Shown here one piece after another: positions 21,301-28,882 of a stretch of 53,101 bases of DNA. Position numbers and translations under genes: made by a program. The first letter of the stretch is position 1; each line of letters begins with the position of its first letter. Source of the stretch: a virus. Lineage: Duplodnaviria > Caudoviricetes. The stretch covers positions 1 to 53,101 of the IMG/VR virus record IMGVR_UViG_3300042516_003674, one strand, 5' to 3'. The notes below the pieces were generated by a model. The model had not been told where the DNA came from, ran no database searches, and saw nothing but the letters and a program-made list of their open reading frames with translations.

Positions 21301-21576
21301 TTACAACTTGCAACATCAATTTCCTTGGAATGGGTTGGTTCTGGTACAAATATTAATACTGCAAAACCAGCATTAGGTGGAGTGACAATTCAAGAAAATG
21401 AGGTTGATAAGCGCAATGGTGGGCAAGTTGTATATACTAGCACTAATCAATCTGGTAACTTCCAAATTGGTGATGGAGTTGTAATTAATCAATTGACTGG
21501 TACAATTTCGGGAAGATCATTCAGTCAAAGTTTGTTAAATACAGTAACACCATTAATTATAGCACTAGGTAGATAA
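12352..21576 (+). CDS. giant collagen-like fibre protein (Mtd_N-like N-terminus, ~1210-aa Gly-X-Gln stalk, beta-helix head with inserted repeats)
   Basis: NPVLKLGYIGVESDTRKFKFGDGETPWNNLPY; GXQ triplets 12613-16242; TIYVSQTGDDNNTG...RTIKAA beta-helix start; C-terminal GGQVVYTSTNQSGNFQIG typical of T4-like virion proteins. Confidence 0.85.
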   Translation: MSGNTNYLSLQQLFNDRATFYAGMIVYGDIELEKAIDQLVDTSQNWEFENPVLKLGYIGVESDTRKFKFGDGETPWNNLPYSGLPDNQGTQGTQGFQGVQGQGEQGTQGDQGIQGPLSNFQGTQGTLGLQGDQGVQGTQGTQGNLSNFQGTQGLQGDQGTQGTQGDQGIQGLQGLQGAGDQGTQGTQGDQGVQGLSNQGTQGDQGTQGTQGDQGTQGLSNQGTQGSQGDQGVQGTQGDQGTQGLQGDQGTQGDQGTQGTQGDQGTQGLSNQGTQGTQGDQGVQGDQGIQGDQGVQGLQGDQGIQGDQGTQGTQGDQGVQGDQGTQGIQGEQGAQGVQGDQGIQGLQGDQGIQGDQGTQGTQGEQGVQGLQGDQGIQGDQGTQGDQGTQGLSNQGTQGSQGDQGVQGTQGDQGVQGTQGDQGTQGDQGTQGDQGVQGLQGDQGTQGIQGDQGTQGDQGVQGLQGDQGTQGIQGDQGTQGDQGVQGLQGVQGLQGDQGTQGDQGTQGTQGLSNQGTQGTQGDQGTQGTQGDQGTQGTQGDQGTQGLQGDQGTQGDQGTQGTQGDQGVQGVQGTQGDQGTQGDQGVQGLQGDQGTQGDQGTQGTQGDQGTQGLSNQGTQGTQGDQGTQGTQGDQGTQGTQGLQGDQGTQGDQGVQGLQGDQGVQGLQGDQGTQGTQGLQGDQGVQGLQGDQGTQGDQGVQGLQGTQGLSNQGTQGTQGTQGDQGTQGTQGEQGVQGLQGDQGVQGTQGTQGTQGDQGVQGLQGDQGTQGDQGTQGTQGTQGVQGLQGDQGVQGDQGTQGTQGVQGRQGTQGDQGTQGDQGTQGDQGTQGLQGTQGTQGIQGDQGTQGAQGDQGVQGLQGTQGTQGRQGNQGTQGTQGDQGVQGLQGDQGTQGDQGTQGTQGDQGVQGRQGTQGSQGLQGSQGTQGTQGTQGLQGLQGIQGKQGVQGLQGTQGSQGTQGFQGSQGRQGVQGLQGTQGTQSTQGAQGVQGDQGTQGTQGDQGVQGRQGVQGRQGVQGLQGIQGLQGLQGRQGTQGDQGVQGLQGDQGVQGRQGTQGLQGNQGLQGTQGTQGRQGTQGAQSSQGVQGDQGTQGDQGTQGDQGTQGLQGDQGVQGTQGTQGLQGDQGTQGLQGTQGTQGDQGTQGLQGDQGTQGDQGTQGTQGDQGVQGRQGVQGRQGTQGTQGTQGTQGNQGLQGTQGTQGRQGTQGSQGFQGVQGRQGTQGTQGVQGRQGTQGTQGVQGLQGTQGLQGTQGLQGNQGLQATQGTQGSQGVQGRQGVQGLQGVQGLQGVQGDQGVQGLQGLQGSSSFDIVDDNTTNQQRYVLFTEDPNTVAITTEFTSTEKLTYVPATGSLGINTDIVTDNLTVKGSTRSTEFYGDGVNLVGIVTQLVPGIGIDLTATQPTGKGVVKIDAYRPIGKTIYVSQTGDDNNTGLAENYPKRTIKAAASVALFGDTIKVFPGAYIEENPIVLARTVSLEGTELRNCVVTPKYPEKDLFHVNNGCHITDASFIGQNSTNGAAIVALQPLTGVATDRFFDAARMIRFNLDYIAKESVGFLTSGFSGFAGNHREQDAAKLIDANLEYIAGEAVGFLTSPSGYNFSLGISSYTNCREDIVSIMSAVSYDLKAGSNRKSIGAGYSYFSSSNSLIHITGAGVSEATVAALDYAAGIATYVINNLTPPISYQGIGNSVSQVKNLSVIPVEGGCIGVGTTVKQLVGIVTNMIGAGTTLNAPLVRYGVTLESGDCADDVKDIWKCIIHDITRGGNSRSVDAGKAYYDDNWNLKSGILKNPQEVQQTISTIDYSFNIARAVINNCLWGGYPVGLGTTVINAVYDFETGITTVTATNHGLTKNDPVKVQGLTYACTPGSAGYPVGVVTASYDRITGISTIQTTSSLPILSGDRVRIENLVFECNSGGGPSTANYPSGNLGYDFTVQDVLDSTTFVVNVGKSTLDHSYKYGGEISKLYTPVFGISTASYDNTTGIATITAVGLGTTVGPSFYIEPGKKVKLDNLVWVCNSGGGPSTAYYPSGNLGYDFVVIATTENRYIDASNLIQKNRIEIIDKSLASIAIAHSDFYFPNDAQTTRFSRFKDAYRLIQKNKTEIIDTAWNATSAAYPAISATQTKCKRDLGYFIDAVSTDIFTGGNSYSIAFVQQYFNNGAPISNGLVGEETESVYAFNQARNLMKQAITNQLTVKDLTVTVDPITGSNTNINSCANVQNALDTLTSIITTVITNGSLSSINSIRINSGIFVSGENKCRRDIGYIVDALIKDVRYGTNKYIREAIRAYFNKDGSPISNGLIGEESESVTAFNSIRDYAKKAITNQLNVKDLSISVDPITGFNTDPSSCADVQTNIDNLISILTTTITNGNLSAYPDLYVSNKVKINVGVSTLSHEYVTGGTLTSNYTTNIFPDGTYNYIFPVKSVVGPNTFEFVGGKTVLPHTYVSGGTVQKYTNFQSGITQLRDLSIQPDPKTGYNDVISSCTDVTSALRSCVGVVTSIVGLGSTAFSVVGFNTSYPGNRGRGFESIVGVTSAVYEETSGKTTLKAPGLPIKVGDLIEIRDLVFSCSSGGPASQQKFPSGYYGYEFYITKINSDESFDIYTGISTIPHTYVSGGYIINRSLPITESKYDNVTGITTILAPGISLRKGDFVSLRDMEFTCTSGAGTTNIFPSGNRGYSFEVLSTENDKFTVNVGKSTIPHTYVTGGVVIPPYSKGVGPITQGPYIRNCTNFIGDSIGMKVDGFAAEPGDKDDIGVTGTMSVDSYTQYNQGGIGVSVTNGAYSQLVSIFTICDDIGIFTKSGGQCDITNSNASFGNYGLVSDGVGDNNSGSIYRYTAEVVDPVESETSIVTVSGVGNNRPYDGQAIYFGELYYFVNTIKVIDGGSGYSETNPPNVTFDFPGGPNGIRAEGAANVVDGKVVSIDIISSGTQYQVPPNIQIVGGGGSGAVAVPVMYPIYYGIESASLPVNGVSTIVLTQNVNNDIGVGTTVYFSRISLQLATSISLEWVGSGTNINTAKPALGGVTIQENEVDKRNGGQVVYTSTNQSGNFQIGDGVVINQLTGTISGRSFSQSLLNTVTPLIIALGR
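12613..16242 (+). repeat. 9-bp-period coding repeat (Gly-X-Gln)n
   Basis: About 400 CAA/CAG-GGN-NNN units. Confidence 0.95.
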
Positions 21577-21577
21577 T

Positions 21578-21931
21578 ATGGCAGCAATTGCACTTAATAA
21601 ATTTAAAACCATTCGTGTAGGAGTAACAACAAATTTAGTTGGAATTTATACCTGTCCGATTGGTGTTGCTTCTATTGTAATTCTCTGTCAAGCATCGAAT
21701 GTTTCTGCTTCAGGAACTTTTTCTAGAATAACTGCAGTTCATTCTAGGTCAACAGAGACGCCATCTGATTATAGATTTGCAAATGGAGTTAAAATCCCTC
21801 CAAATGATGGATTAAATCTAGTTTCAGATGGAAGACTAGCACTTGAGACTTCTGATGTTCTTAAATTTAGTGCAAGTTTAGATAATACTATTGAATTAAT
21901 TTTAAGTGTGTTAGAAACGGCAAAACAATAA
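21578..21931 (+). CDS. small virion structural protein
   Basis: All-beta-like 117-aa ORF tightly packed between fibre genes; LNKFKT...YTCPIG...LALETSD...LSVLET. Confidence 0.55.
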   Translation: MAAIALNKFKTIRVGVTTNLVGIYTCPIGVASIVILCQASNVSASGTFSRITAVHSRSTETPSDYRFANGVKIPPNDGLNLVSDGRLALETSDVLKFSASLDNTIELILSVLETAKQ

Positions 21932-21932
21932 T

Positions 21933-23147
21933 ATGTCAAAATTTTTAAGTGGAAGAGTAAATTTAAAAGAATTTTCTGGATTAAGTAGTGATAGACATCT
22001 TTACTTAAGTTTGGATGAAGCTGAACCTAACTTGGGATTTCCCGGTGAAAAACCACTTGCAGTTTCTGAAGAGTATTACACTTTAGTTACTATTGCAAAT
22101 GGAACTACTTTTGATAGATATTGGACTATTGCGCCACCAACAGAATTTACTGGAGGTATTAGTATTTTTGATGAGGGAATTCTTGTAGGAACTGCTAATA
22201 GTGTAACTAAATTAAATTTTGTTGGTAGAGGTGTTACTGCTACTGCAGCAGGATCTATTTCGACCATAACTGTCGAAATGCCTATAGTTACAATCTCAGA
22301 TACTCCTCCAGTAAGTCCATTTAATGGTGATCTTTGGTGGAATAGTTCTATTGGGGATTTAAGAATTTGGTATCAAGATCCAGATTCTGCACAATGGGTA
22401 GATGCCAATGGCGGATCGGATAATCAGATAAATCCTTGGGTAATTAATCCTGGATTTACAGGAATTCATACTCTTGGTCTTGTTGGAATTGGAAAAACTG
22501 TAGGTGAATTTTATCTTGAAGTTGCTCCAGTTGGGTATTCTAACACATCAGTTGTTATTAATGGAGATTCTAAATTTAATGGAAATGCTGTAGTTGGTAT
22601 TTTAACAACGAATCAAAATCTCTTCATCGGCACCACAAAATCATTATACTTAGGAATTAGTACATTTTATGGTGGTTTAAGTCCTGGTTTAAGTGGCGGT
22701 ATTGACTTGTATTTTGGACCCAGCGGTATTGGAACTCCAGATGATAGAAAATATAGATTCGCATTGCAAAATGATAGAAATATAGTTTTGTATGATGGCA
22801 TAACTGCTATTTGGAACACCGGAACAAATATATCAGACGAAAAATTAAAAGATAATATTAGATCTACAAATATAAATTCTTTAACAATTTTAAATAATAT
22901 TAATGTTGTAGATTTTGAATGGAAACATAGTAGCGACTTGTATGATGGTGGATTAACTCATACTGGATTTATTGCACAAAATGTAGAAGATGAAATACCA
23001 GACGCCGTTAGAGAATTTTCTGGAATTAAACTGGTAGATAAGGAAGAAATGATTCCTGTTCTTTGGAAAGCACTGCAAGAAGCATTATATAAAATAGATA
23101 TTTTAGAATCTAGAATAACTGAACTGGAAATAAATACAAAGATATGA
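21933..23147 (+). CDS. tail fibre protein with C-terminal intramolecular chaperone (peptidase S74-like)
   Basis: GDLWWNS...WVDA module; SDEKLKDNI...GFIAQNVE...LWKALQE coiled coil. Confidence 0.75.
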   Translation: MSKFLSGRVNLKEFSGLSSDRHLYLSLDEAEPNLGFPGEKPLAVSEEYYTLVTIANGTTFDRYWTIAPPTEFTGGISIFDEGILVGTANSVTKLNFVGRGVTATAAGSISTITVEMPIVTISDTPPVSPFNGDLWWNSSIGDLRIWYQDPDSAQWVDANGGSDNQINPWVINPGFTGIHTLGLVGIGKTVGEFYLEVAPVGYSNTSVVINGDSKFNGNAVVGILTTNQNLFIGTTKSLYLGISTFYGGLSPGLSGGIDLYFGPSGIGTPDDRKYRFALQNDRNIVLYDGITAIWNTGTNISDEKLKDNIRSTNINSLTILNNINVVDFEWKHSSDLYDGGLTHTGFIAQNVEDEIPDAVREFSGIKLVDKEEMIPVLWKALQEALYKIDILESRITELEINTKI

Positions 23148-23167
23148 GTAGTAATATATTTTAGGTA

Positions 23168-26100
23168 ATGGCAGCAATTAATTTTCCCAATAATCCATCT
23201 ATTAATGAAATATTTGAATATGAAAGAACCAAATGGATTTGGGATGGAGAAGCTTGGCGAAGATTGCCAGATCCTGGAATTCAAGGTTCTCAAGGTACAC
23301 AAGGTACTCAAGGATTAAGTAATCAAGGATTCCAAGGTACTCAAGGTCTTCAAGGTACTCAAGGCACTCAAGGTCTTCAAGGTGATCAAGGTACTCAAGG
23401 TTTATCTGGTGCATTTGCAGGTCAAGGTGTTCAGGGCACACAAGGCGCACAAGGCACACAAGGAGTTCAAGGTAAACAGGGAACTCAAGGATCCCAAGGT
23501 GTACAAGGTTTACAAGGTACTCAAAGTACTCAAGGTACTCAAGGAACTCAAGGTACTCAAGGTCTTCAAGGTCTTCAGGGAACTCAAGGAACTCAAGGAA
23601 CACAAGGTGTACAAGGATTACAGGGTAGACAAGGAACTCAAGGCACTCAAGGCACTCAAGGCACTCAGGGGGATCAAGGAACTCAAGGATTACAGGGAGA
23701 TCAAGGTACTCAGGGGGATCAAGGAACTCAAGGAACTCAAGGAACTCAAGGTTTAGGTGTTCAGGGAACTCAAGGTACTCAAGGGACTCAAGGGGATCAA
23801 GGAACTCAAGGATTACAGGGAGATCAAGGAACTCAAGGTACTCAAGGAGATCAAGGAACTCAAGGCACTCAAGGAGATCAAGGAACTCAAGGTACTCAAG
23901 GAGATCAAGGAACTCAAGGTCTTCAAGGTGATCAGGGTACTCAAGGAGATCAAGGAACTCAAGGAGATCAGGGGGTCCAAGGTTTACAAGGTGATCAAGG
24001 AACTCAAGGTATTCAAGGTAGGCAAGGAACTCAAGGGACTCAAGGAACACAAGGTCTTCAAGGTAGGCAAGGAACCCAAGGGAGTCAAGGCGGACAAGGA
24101 ATTCAAGGTAGACAAGGAACTCAAGGTCTTCAAGGTAGACAAGGAACTCAAGGTTTAAGTAATCAAGGAACTCAAGGTCTCCAAGGTGCTCAGGGTAGAC
24201 AAGGGTCCCAAGGTCTTCAAGGTAGACAAGGAACTCAAGGTTTAAGTAACCAAGGTACTCAAGGTACACAAGGGAATCAGGGATTACAAGGTGATCAAGG
24301 AACTCAAGGAACTCAAGGAACTCAAGGAACTCAAGGGGATCAAGGTATTCAGGGTGATCAGGGTGTTCAAGGTCTGCAAGGTAGACAAGGAACCCAAGGA
24401 TTTACTGGACAAGATGGATCAACGGGAAATCAAGGTCTTCAGGGAGATCAAGGAATTCAAGGTGATCAAGGAACTCAAGGTGATCAAGGTGTTCAGGGAA
24501 GACAAGGTACTCAAGGTGTTCAAGGTAGACAAGGAACTCAAGGAACTCAAGGAGATCAAGGAACTCAAGGAACTCAAGGTGATCAGGGTGTTCAGGGTGA
24601 TCAAGGTGTTCAAGGTTCTTTTGGTACAGGAGGAGATCAAGGTCCGCAAGGAACCCAAGGAGATCAAGGTACTCAAGGTGATCAGGGAACTCAAGGTACT
24701 CAATCCGATCAGGGCACTCAAGGTACTCAAGGTGATCAGGGAACTCAAGGTACTCAAGGAGATCAAGGAGTCCAAGGAGATCAAGGAGTTCAAGGCACTC
24801 AAGGAAGACAAGGAGCGCAGGGATTACAAGGAGTTCAAGGTAGACAAGGCACCCAAGGATCTCAAGGTTTACAGGGAAATTTAGGTACCCAAGGTACTCA
24901 GGGGGATCAAGGAACTCAAGGTCTTCAGGGGGACCAAGGAACTCAAGGAATTCAAGGTAGACAAGGATCTCAAGGTCTTCAAGGAACTCAAGGTACTCAA
25001 GGAATTCAAGGAAATCAGGGAGTTCAGGGTAGACAAGGAGTTCAAGGTAGACAAGGAACTCAAGGAAGTCAAGGAACTCAGGGTGATCAGGGTACTCAAG
25101 GCCTTCAAGGTTCTCAGGGTAGACAAGGAACTCAAGGTCTTCAGGGTACTCAAGGTGTTCAAGGAATTCAAGGACTTCAAGGTACTCAGGGTAGACAAGG
25201 AGTTCAAGGTCTTCAGGGTACTCAGGGAACTCAAGGATTTCAAGGTAGTCAAGGATCTCAAGGTAGACAAGGAACTCAAGGTCTTCAGGGTACTCAAGGT
25301 GCTCAAGGTCTTCAAGGTAGACAAGGAACTCAAGGTTTAAGTAACCAAGGAACTCAGGGTCTCCAAGGAACTCAAGGAACTCAAGGTTTTCAAGGATTAC
25401 AAGGAACTCAAGGTTTAAGTAATCAAGGAACTCAGGGTCTCCAAGGAACTCAAGGAACTCAGGGTAGACAAGGATCTCAGGGACTTCAGGGCACTCAAGG
25501 AACTCAAGGATTTCAAGGTACTCAGGGTCTTCAAGGGTCACAAGGTAGACAAGGATCCCAAGGTCTTCAAGGAACTCAGGGTACTCAAGGATTCCAAGGA
25601 ACTCAAGGTAGACAGGGATCTCAGGGTCTTCAGGGTAATCAAGGAACTCAAGGAACTCAAGGATTCCAAGGTAGTCAAGGATCTCAAGGTTTACAAGGGA
25701 CTCAAGGTGTTCAAGGTAGACAAGGTGGACAAGGATTACAAGGTACTCAAGGAGTTCAAGGAAGACAGGGAACTCAAGGAACTCAGGGTAGACAAGGAAC
25801 TCAAGGTTCTCAGGGATTTCAAGGTACTCAAGGAACTCAGGGTAGACAAGGAACTCAAGGTTCTCAGGGATTTCAGGGAGTTCAAGGTAGACAAGGAACT
25901 CAAGGTCTTCAAGGTACTCAGGGTAGACAAGGATCTCAGGGTCTTCAGGGCACTCAAGGATCTCAAGGGTTACAAGGTACTCAGGGACTTCAGGGTCTTC
26001 AAGGTAGACAAGGAACTCAAGGTTTAAGTAACCAAGGAACTCAGGGTCTCCAAGGAACTCAAGGAACTCAAGGTAGACAAGGATCCCAAGGTCTTCAGGG

Positions 26101-27847
26101 TAATCAAGGATTGCAAGGAACTCAGGGTCTTCAAGGTAGACAAGGGACTCAAGGAAATCAAGGATTAAGTAATCAAGGATCTCAGGGTCTTCAAGGTACT
26201 CAAGGTCTTCAAGGTAGACAAGGAACTCAAGGATTAAGTAATCAGGGAACTCAAGGAGCGCAAGGAGTTCAAGGTCTTCAAGGTAGACAAGGAACTCAAG
26301 GTTTAAGTAATCAGGGAACTCAAGGATTACAAGGGACACAAGGTCTTCAAGGTAGACAAGGAACTCAAGGTTTAAGTAATCAGGGAACTCAAGGATTACA
26401 AGGAGTTCAAGGTAGACAAGGAGTTCAAGGACTCCAAGGTTTAAGTAACCAAGGAACTCAAGGAGCGCAAGGAAGACAAGGAACTCAGGGTACTCAAGGT
26501 CTTCAAGGTAGACAAGGAACTCAAAGTACTCAAGGTACACAAGGAGTTCAAGGAAGACAAGGAACTCAAGGAACTCAAGGATTTCAAGGTTCTCAAGGAG
26601 TTCAAGGTAGACAGGGGGTTCAAGGAAGACAAGGGACTCAAGGAAATCAAGGATTACAAGGTCTTCAAGGAGTTCAAGGTAGACAAGGAACTCAAGGTGC
26701 TGGTAACCAAGGTACACAAGGACTTCAAGGTACACAAGGAATTCAAGGTAGACAAGGAACTCAAGGTTTAAGTAATCAAGGATCTCAAGGAGCGCAAGGA
26801 GTTCAAGGTAGACAAGGAACTCAGGGTCTTCAGGGTACTCAAGGTCTTCAAGGTAGACAAGGAACTCAAGGTAGACAAGGAACTCAGGGTCTTCAGGGAC
26901 TTCAAGGTAGAGATGGTTTATTTGCTGGACAAGGATCTCAAGGTCTTCAAGGATTACAAGGCACTCAAGGTGTTCAGGGTAGACAAGGAACTCAGGGTCC
27001 TCAAGGTAATCAAGGTACTCAAGGATTCCAAGGCACTCAAGGAACTCAAGGATCTCAAGGTCCTTTAAGTACTTTCCAAGGAACCCAAGGTAGACAAGGA
27101 GTTCAAGGACTTCAGGGTTTACAAGGTTCAGGGTCTCAAGGATCTCAAGGAAATCAAGGATTACAAGGTGTTCAAGGTAGACAAGGAATTCAAGGAGCTC
27201 AAGGTCCTTTAAGTACTTTCCAAGGAACTCAAGGTAGACAAGGAGTTCAAGGTAGACAAGGCACCCAAGGTACTCAAGGAAATTTAAGTAATAATCAAGG
27301 AACTCAAGGTGTACAAGGAACTCAAGCTCTTCAAGGAACTCAAGGTACTCAAGGAAGTTTAAGTAATAATCAGGGAACTCAGGGAACTCAGGGAACTCAA
27401 GGTCTTGGAGCACCTATAGGAACACTTCAAGCAGCTAATACAATAACTTTATCACCGTTATATCCAGTAATGGTAACGGCAACTGATACTTTAACCAATG
27501 CATGGGTTTCAACTACAAAACTATCTTTTAATTCACTTAGTGGACAAATTACTGCAGTAGATTTTAACTCAACTTCTGATCAAACATTAAAGACTAATAT
27601 TAAAAATATTACATCACCACTGTCAAAACTTCAACAATTAAATGGAGTATCTTTTGATTGGGTAGAAGATAATAGACCTTCATTGGGTGTAATTGCTCAA
27701 GAAGTTGAAAAGATATTCCCAGAGTTAGTTACTGAGTGTAATGATCACAAAACTGTTAGATATAATGGATTAATCGGAGTTCTTATTGAAGCAGTTAAAG
27801 AATTAACTAATAAAGTAGAAAAACTTGAAAAAAATGCAGATAAATAA
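23168..27847 (+). CDS. collagen-like fibre (~1376-aa Gly-X-Gln stalk) with C-terminal S74 chaperone
   Basis: AINFPNNPS...WIWDGEAW N-terminus; GXQ 23276-27403; FNSTSDQTLKTNI...GVIAQEVEKIFPELV...YNGLIGVLIEAVKEL; ATAAATA at 23130-23136. Confidence 0.85.
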   Translation: MAAINFPNNPSINEIFEYERTKWIWDGEAWRRLPDPGIQGSQGTQGTQGLSNQGFQGTQGLQGTQGTQGLQGDQGTQGLSGAFAGQGVQGTQGAQGTQGVQGKQGTQGSQGVQGLQGTQSTQGTQGTQGTQGLQGLQGTQGTQGTQGVQGLQGRQGTQGTQGTQGTQGDQGTQGLQGDQGTQGDQGTQGTQGTQGLGVQGTQGTQGTQGDQGTQGLQGDQGTQGTQGDQGTQGTQGDQGTQGTQGDQGTQGLQGDQGTQGDQGTQGDQGVQGLQGDQGTQGIQGRQGTQGTQGTQGLQGRQGTQGSQGGQGIQGRQGTQGLQGRQGTQGLSNQGTQGLQGAQGRQGSQGLQGRQGTQGLSNQGTQGTQGNQGLQGDQGTQGTQGTQGTQGDQGIQGDQGVQGLQGRQGTQGFTGQDGSTGNQGLQGDQGIQGDQGTQGDQGVQGRQGTQGVQGRQGTQGTQGDQGTQGTQGDQGVQGDQGVQGSFGTGGDQGPQGTQGDQGTQGDQGTQGTQSDQGTQGTQGDQGTQGTQGDQGVQGDQGVQGTQGRQGAQGLQGVQGRQGTQGSQGLQGNLGTQGTQGDQGTQGLQGDQGTQGIQGRQGSQGLQGTQGTQGIQGNQGVQGRQGVQGRQGTQGSQGTQGDQGTQGLQGSQGRQGTQGLQGTQGVQGIQGLQGTQGRQGVQGLQGTQGTQGFQGSQGSQGRQGTQGLQGTQGAQGLQGRQGTQGLSNQGTQGLQGTQGTQGFQGLQGTQGLSNQGTQGLQGTQGTQGRQGSQGLQGTQGTQGFQGTQGLQGSQGRQGSQGLQGTQGTQGFQGTQGRQGSQGLQGNQGTQGTQGFQGSQGSQGLQGTQGVQGRQGGQGLQGTQGVQGRQGTQGTQGRQGTQGSQGFQGTQGTQGRQGTQGSQGFQGVQGRQGTQGLQGTQGRQGSQGLQGTQGSQGLQGTQGLQGLQGRQGTQGLSNQGTQGLQGTQGTQGRQGSQGLQGNQGLQGTQGLQGRQGTQGNQGLSNQGSQGLQGTQGLQGRQGTQGLSNQGTQGAQGVQGLQGRQGTQGLSNQGTQGLQGTQGLQGRQGTQGLSNQGTQGLQGVQGRQGVQGLQGLSNQGTQGAQGRQGTQGTQGLQGRQGTQSTQGTQGVQGRQGTQGTQGFQGSQGVQGRQGVQGRQGTQGNQGLQGLQGVQGRQGTQGAGNQGTQGLQGTQGIQGRQGTQGLSNQGSQGAQGVQGRQGTQGLQGTQGLQGRQGTQGRQGTQGLQGLQGRDGLFAGQGSQGLQGLQGTQGVQGRQGTQGPQGNQGTQGFQGTQGTQGSQGPLSTFQGTQGRQGVQGLQGLQGSGSQGSQGNQGLQGVQGRQGIQGAQGPLSTFQGTQGRQGVQGRQGTQGTQGNLSNNQGTQGVQGTQALQGTQGTQGSLSNNQGTQGTQGTQGLGAPIGTLQAANTITLSPLYPVMVTATDTLTNAWVSTTKLSFNSLSGQITAVDFNSTSDQTLKTNIKNITSPLSKLQQLNGVSFDWVEDNRPSLGVIAQEVEKIFPELVTECNDHKTVRYNGLIGVLIEAVKELTNKVEKLEKNADK
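23276..27403 (+). repeat. 9-bp-period coding repeat (Gly-X-Gln)n
   Basis: About 450 triplets, punctuated by GLSNQG interruptions. Confidence 0.95.
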
Positions 27848-27877
27848 AATTTGAATGTGAATAGAAATTTATAGCAA

Positions 27878-28261
27878 ATGGCGTTTCAAATTTCCGGTAG
27901 CACAATCATTGATAATAGTAGAGGATTTTTAAAATATTCAGATACCCTTTACACGTTTGGAAATACTGGAGCTGCTCCGGTTTTAGATTTGAATAATGGA
28001 AACTTTATTATTGCAACTTTAAACGCAAATGCAGTTTTTTCATTTACTAATATTAATTCAGGAGCTCATGCATTTACATTAGTTCTTACAAATGATGCTA
28101 CTGCAGGTAGAAGTACAACTTGGCCAGCATCGGTAAAATGGCCTGGAGGCATTACTCCCACTAGAACTACTGCAGCGAATAGAACCGATGTTTATACTTT
28201 CTTTACCACAAATTCCGGTACTAACTGGTATGGAAATATAGCACAATTTAATTACATATAA
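27878..28261 (+). CDS. stand-alone fibre tip / receptor-binding-like beta domain
   Basis: LDLNNGN...FTLVLTND...TWPASVKWPGG..PT.T...DVYTF...NWYG pattern seen at phage fibre C-termini; ATAAATA at 27840-27846. Confidence 0.6.
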   Translation: MAFQISGSTIIDNSRGFLKYSDTLYTFGNTGAAPVLDLNNGNFIIATLNANAVFSFTNINSGAHAFTLVLTNDATAGRSTTWPASVKWPGGITPTRTTAANRTDVYTFFTTNSGTNWYGNIAQFNYI

Positions 28262-28271
28262 TTTTTCTATT

Positions 28272-28868
28272 ATGAATATAACTTCACAATATACCAATTT
28301 TATTGGAATGTATCAGGATGTTTTTCCTGATGGATTTTGCAATCATTTAATTAATGAATTTGAAAGATTATTAGTTTCTGGGGCTTGTTCCAATAGACAA
28401 GATTCTGAAAATACTCCAAAGACTACTAAAGAAGATTACCATTATTTTTTAAATTTTAAATTTAATTCAATCACACGATTTAACGAAAAAGAGTCTGTTG
28501 GTATATTTTTAGAAGGATTACAGAAATGTTTTGATGAATATGTGAATGAATATGATATTTTAAAAGAAAGAACGTTAAGATCTACTGTTATTAAGATGCA
28601 GAAAACTGATCCAGGAGCTGGATATCATGTATGGCATTTTGAACAAGGTACAGATCATGATGCCGCTAGATGTTTAGTCTTTATTGCATATTTAAATGAT
28701 ATTGAAGATGCTGGAGAAACCGAGTTTTTATATCAGAGACTTCGAATTCCACCAAAAGAAAATTCAATGGTAATTTGGCCAGCTGGATTTACTCATACAC
28801 ATAGAGGAAATGTAGTTCATGGAAATAAATCTAAATACATAGTAACAGGGTGGTTTTATTTAGAGTAA
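28272..28868 (+). CDS. 2OG-Fe(II) oxygenase (prolyl-4-hydroxylase-like)
   Basis: GYHVWHFE (HxE), YLND...GETEF, WPAGFTHTHRG, KYIVTGW. Confidence 0.9.
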   Translation: MNITSQYTNFIGMYQDVFPDGFCNHLINEFERLLVSGACSNRQDSENTPKTTKEDYHYFLNFKFNSITRFNEKESVGIFLEGLQKCFDEYVNEYDILKERTLRSTVIKMQKTDPGAGYHVWHFEQGTDHDAARCLVFIAYLNDIEDAGETEFLYQRLRIPPKENSMVIWPAGFTHTHRGNVVHGNKSKYIVTGWFYLE

Positions 28869-28882
28869 AGAGTAAATAAAAC

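Noticed and set aside
12613-27403. Repeat tracts as CRISPR array or non-coding satellite
   Set aside because: No constant repeat with unique spacers; variation is concentrated at synonymous and X positions of an open frame
23202-27413. Antisense 355-aa and 1003-aa ORFs and short alternative-frame ORFs
   Set aside because: Same collagen-repeat shadow effect
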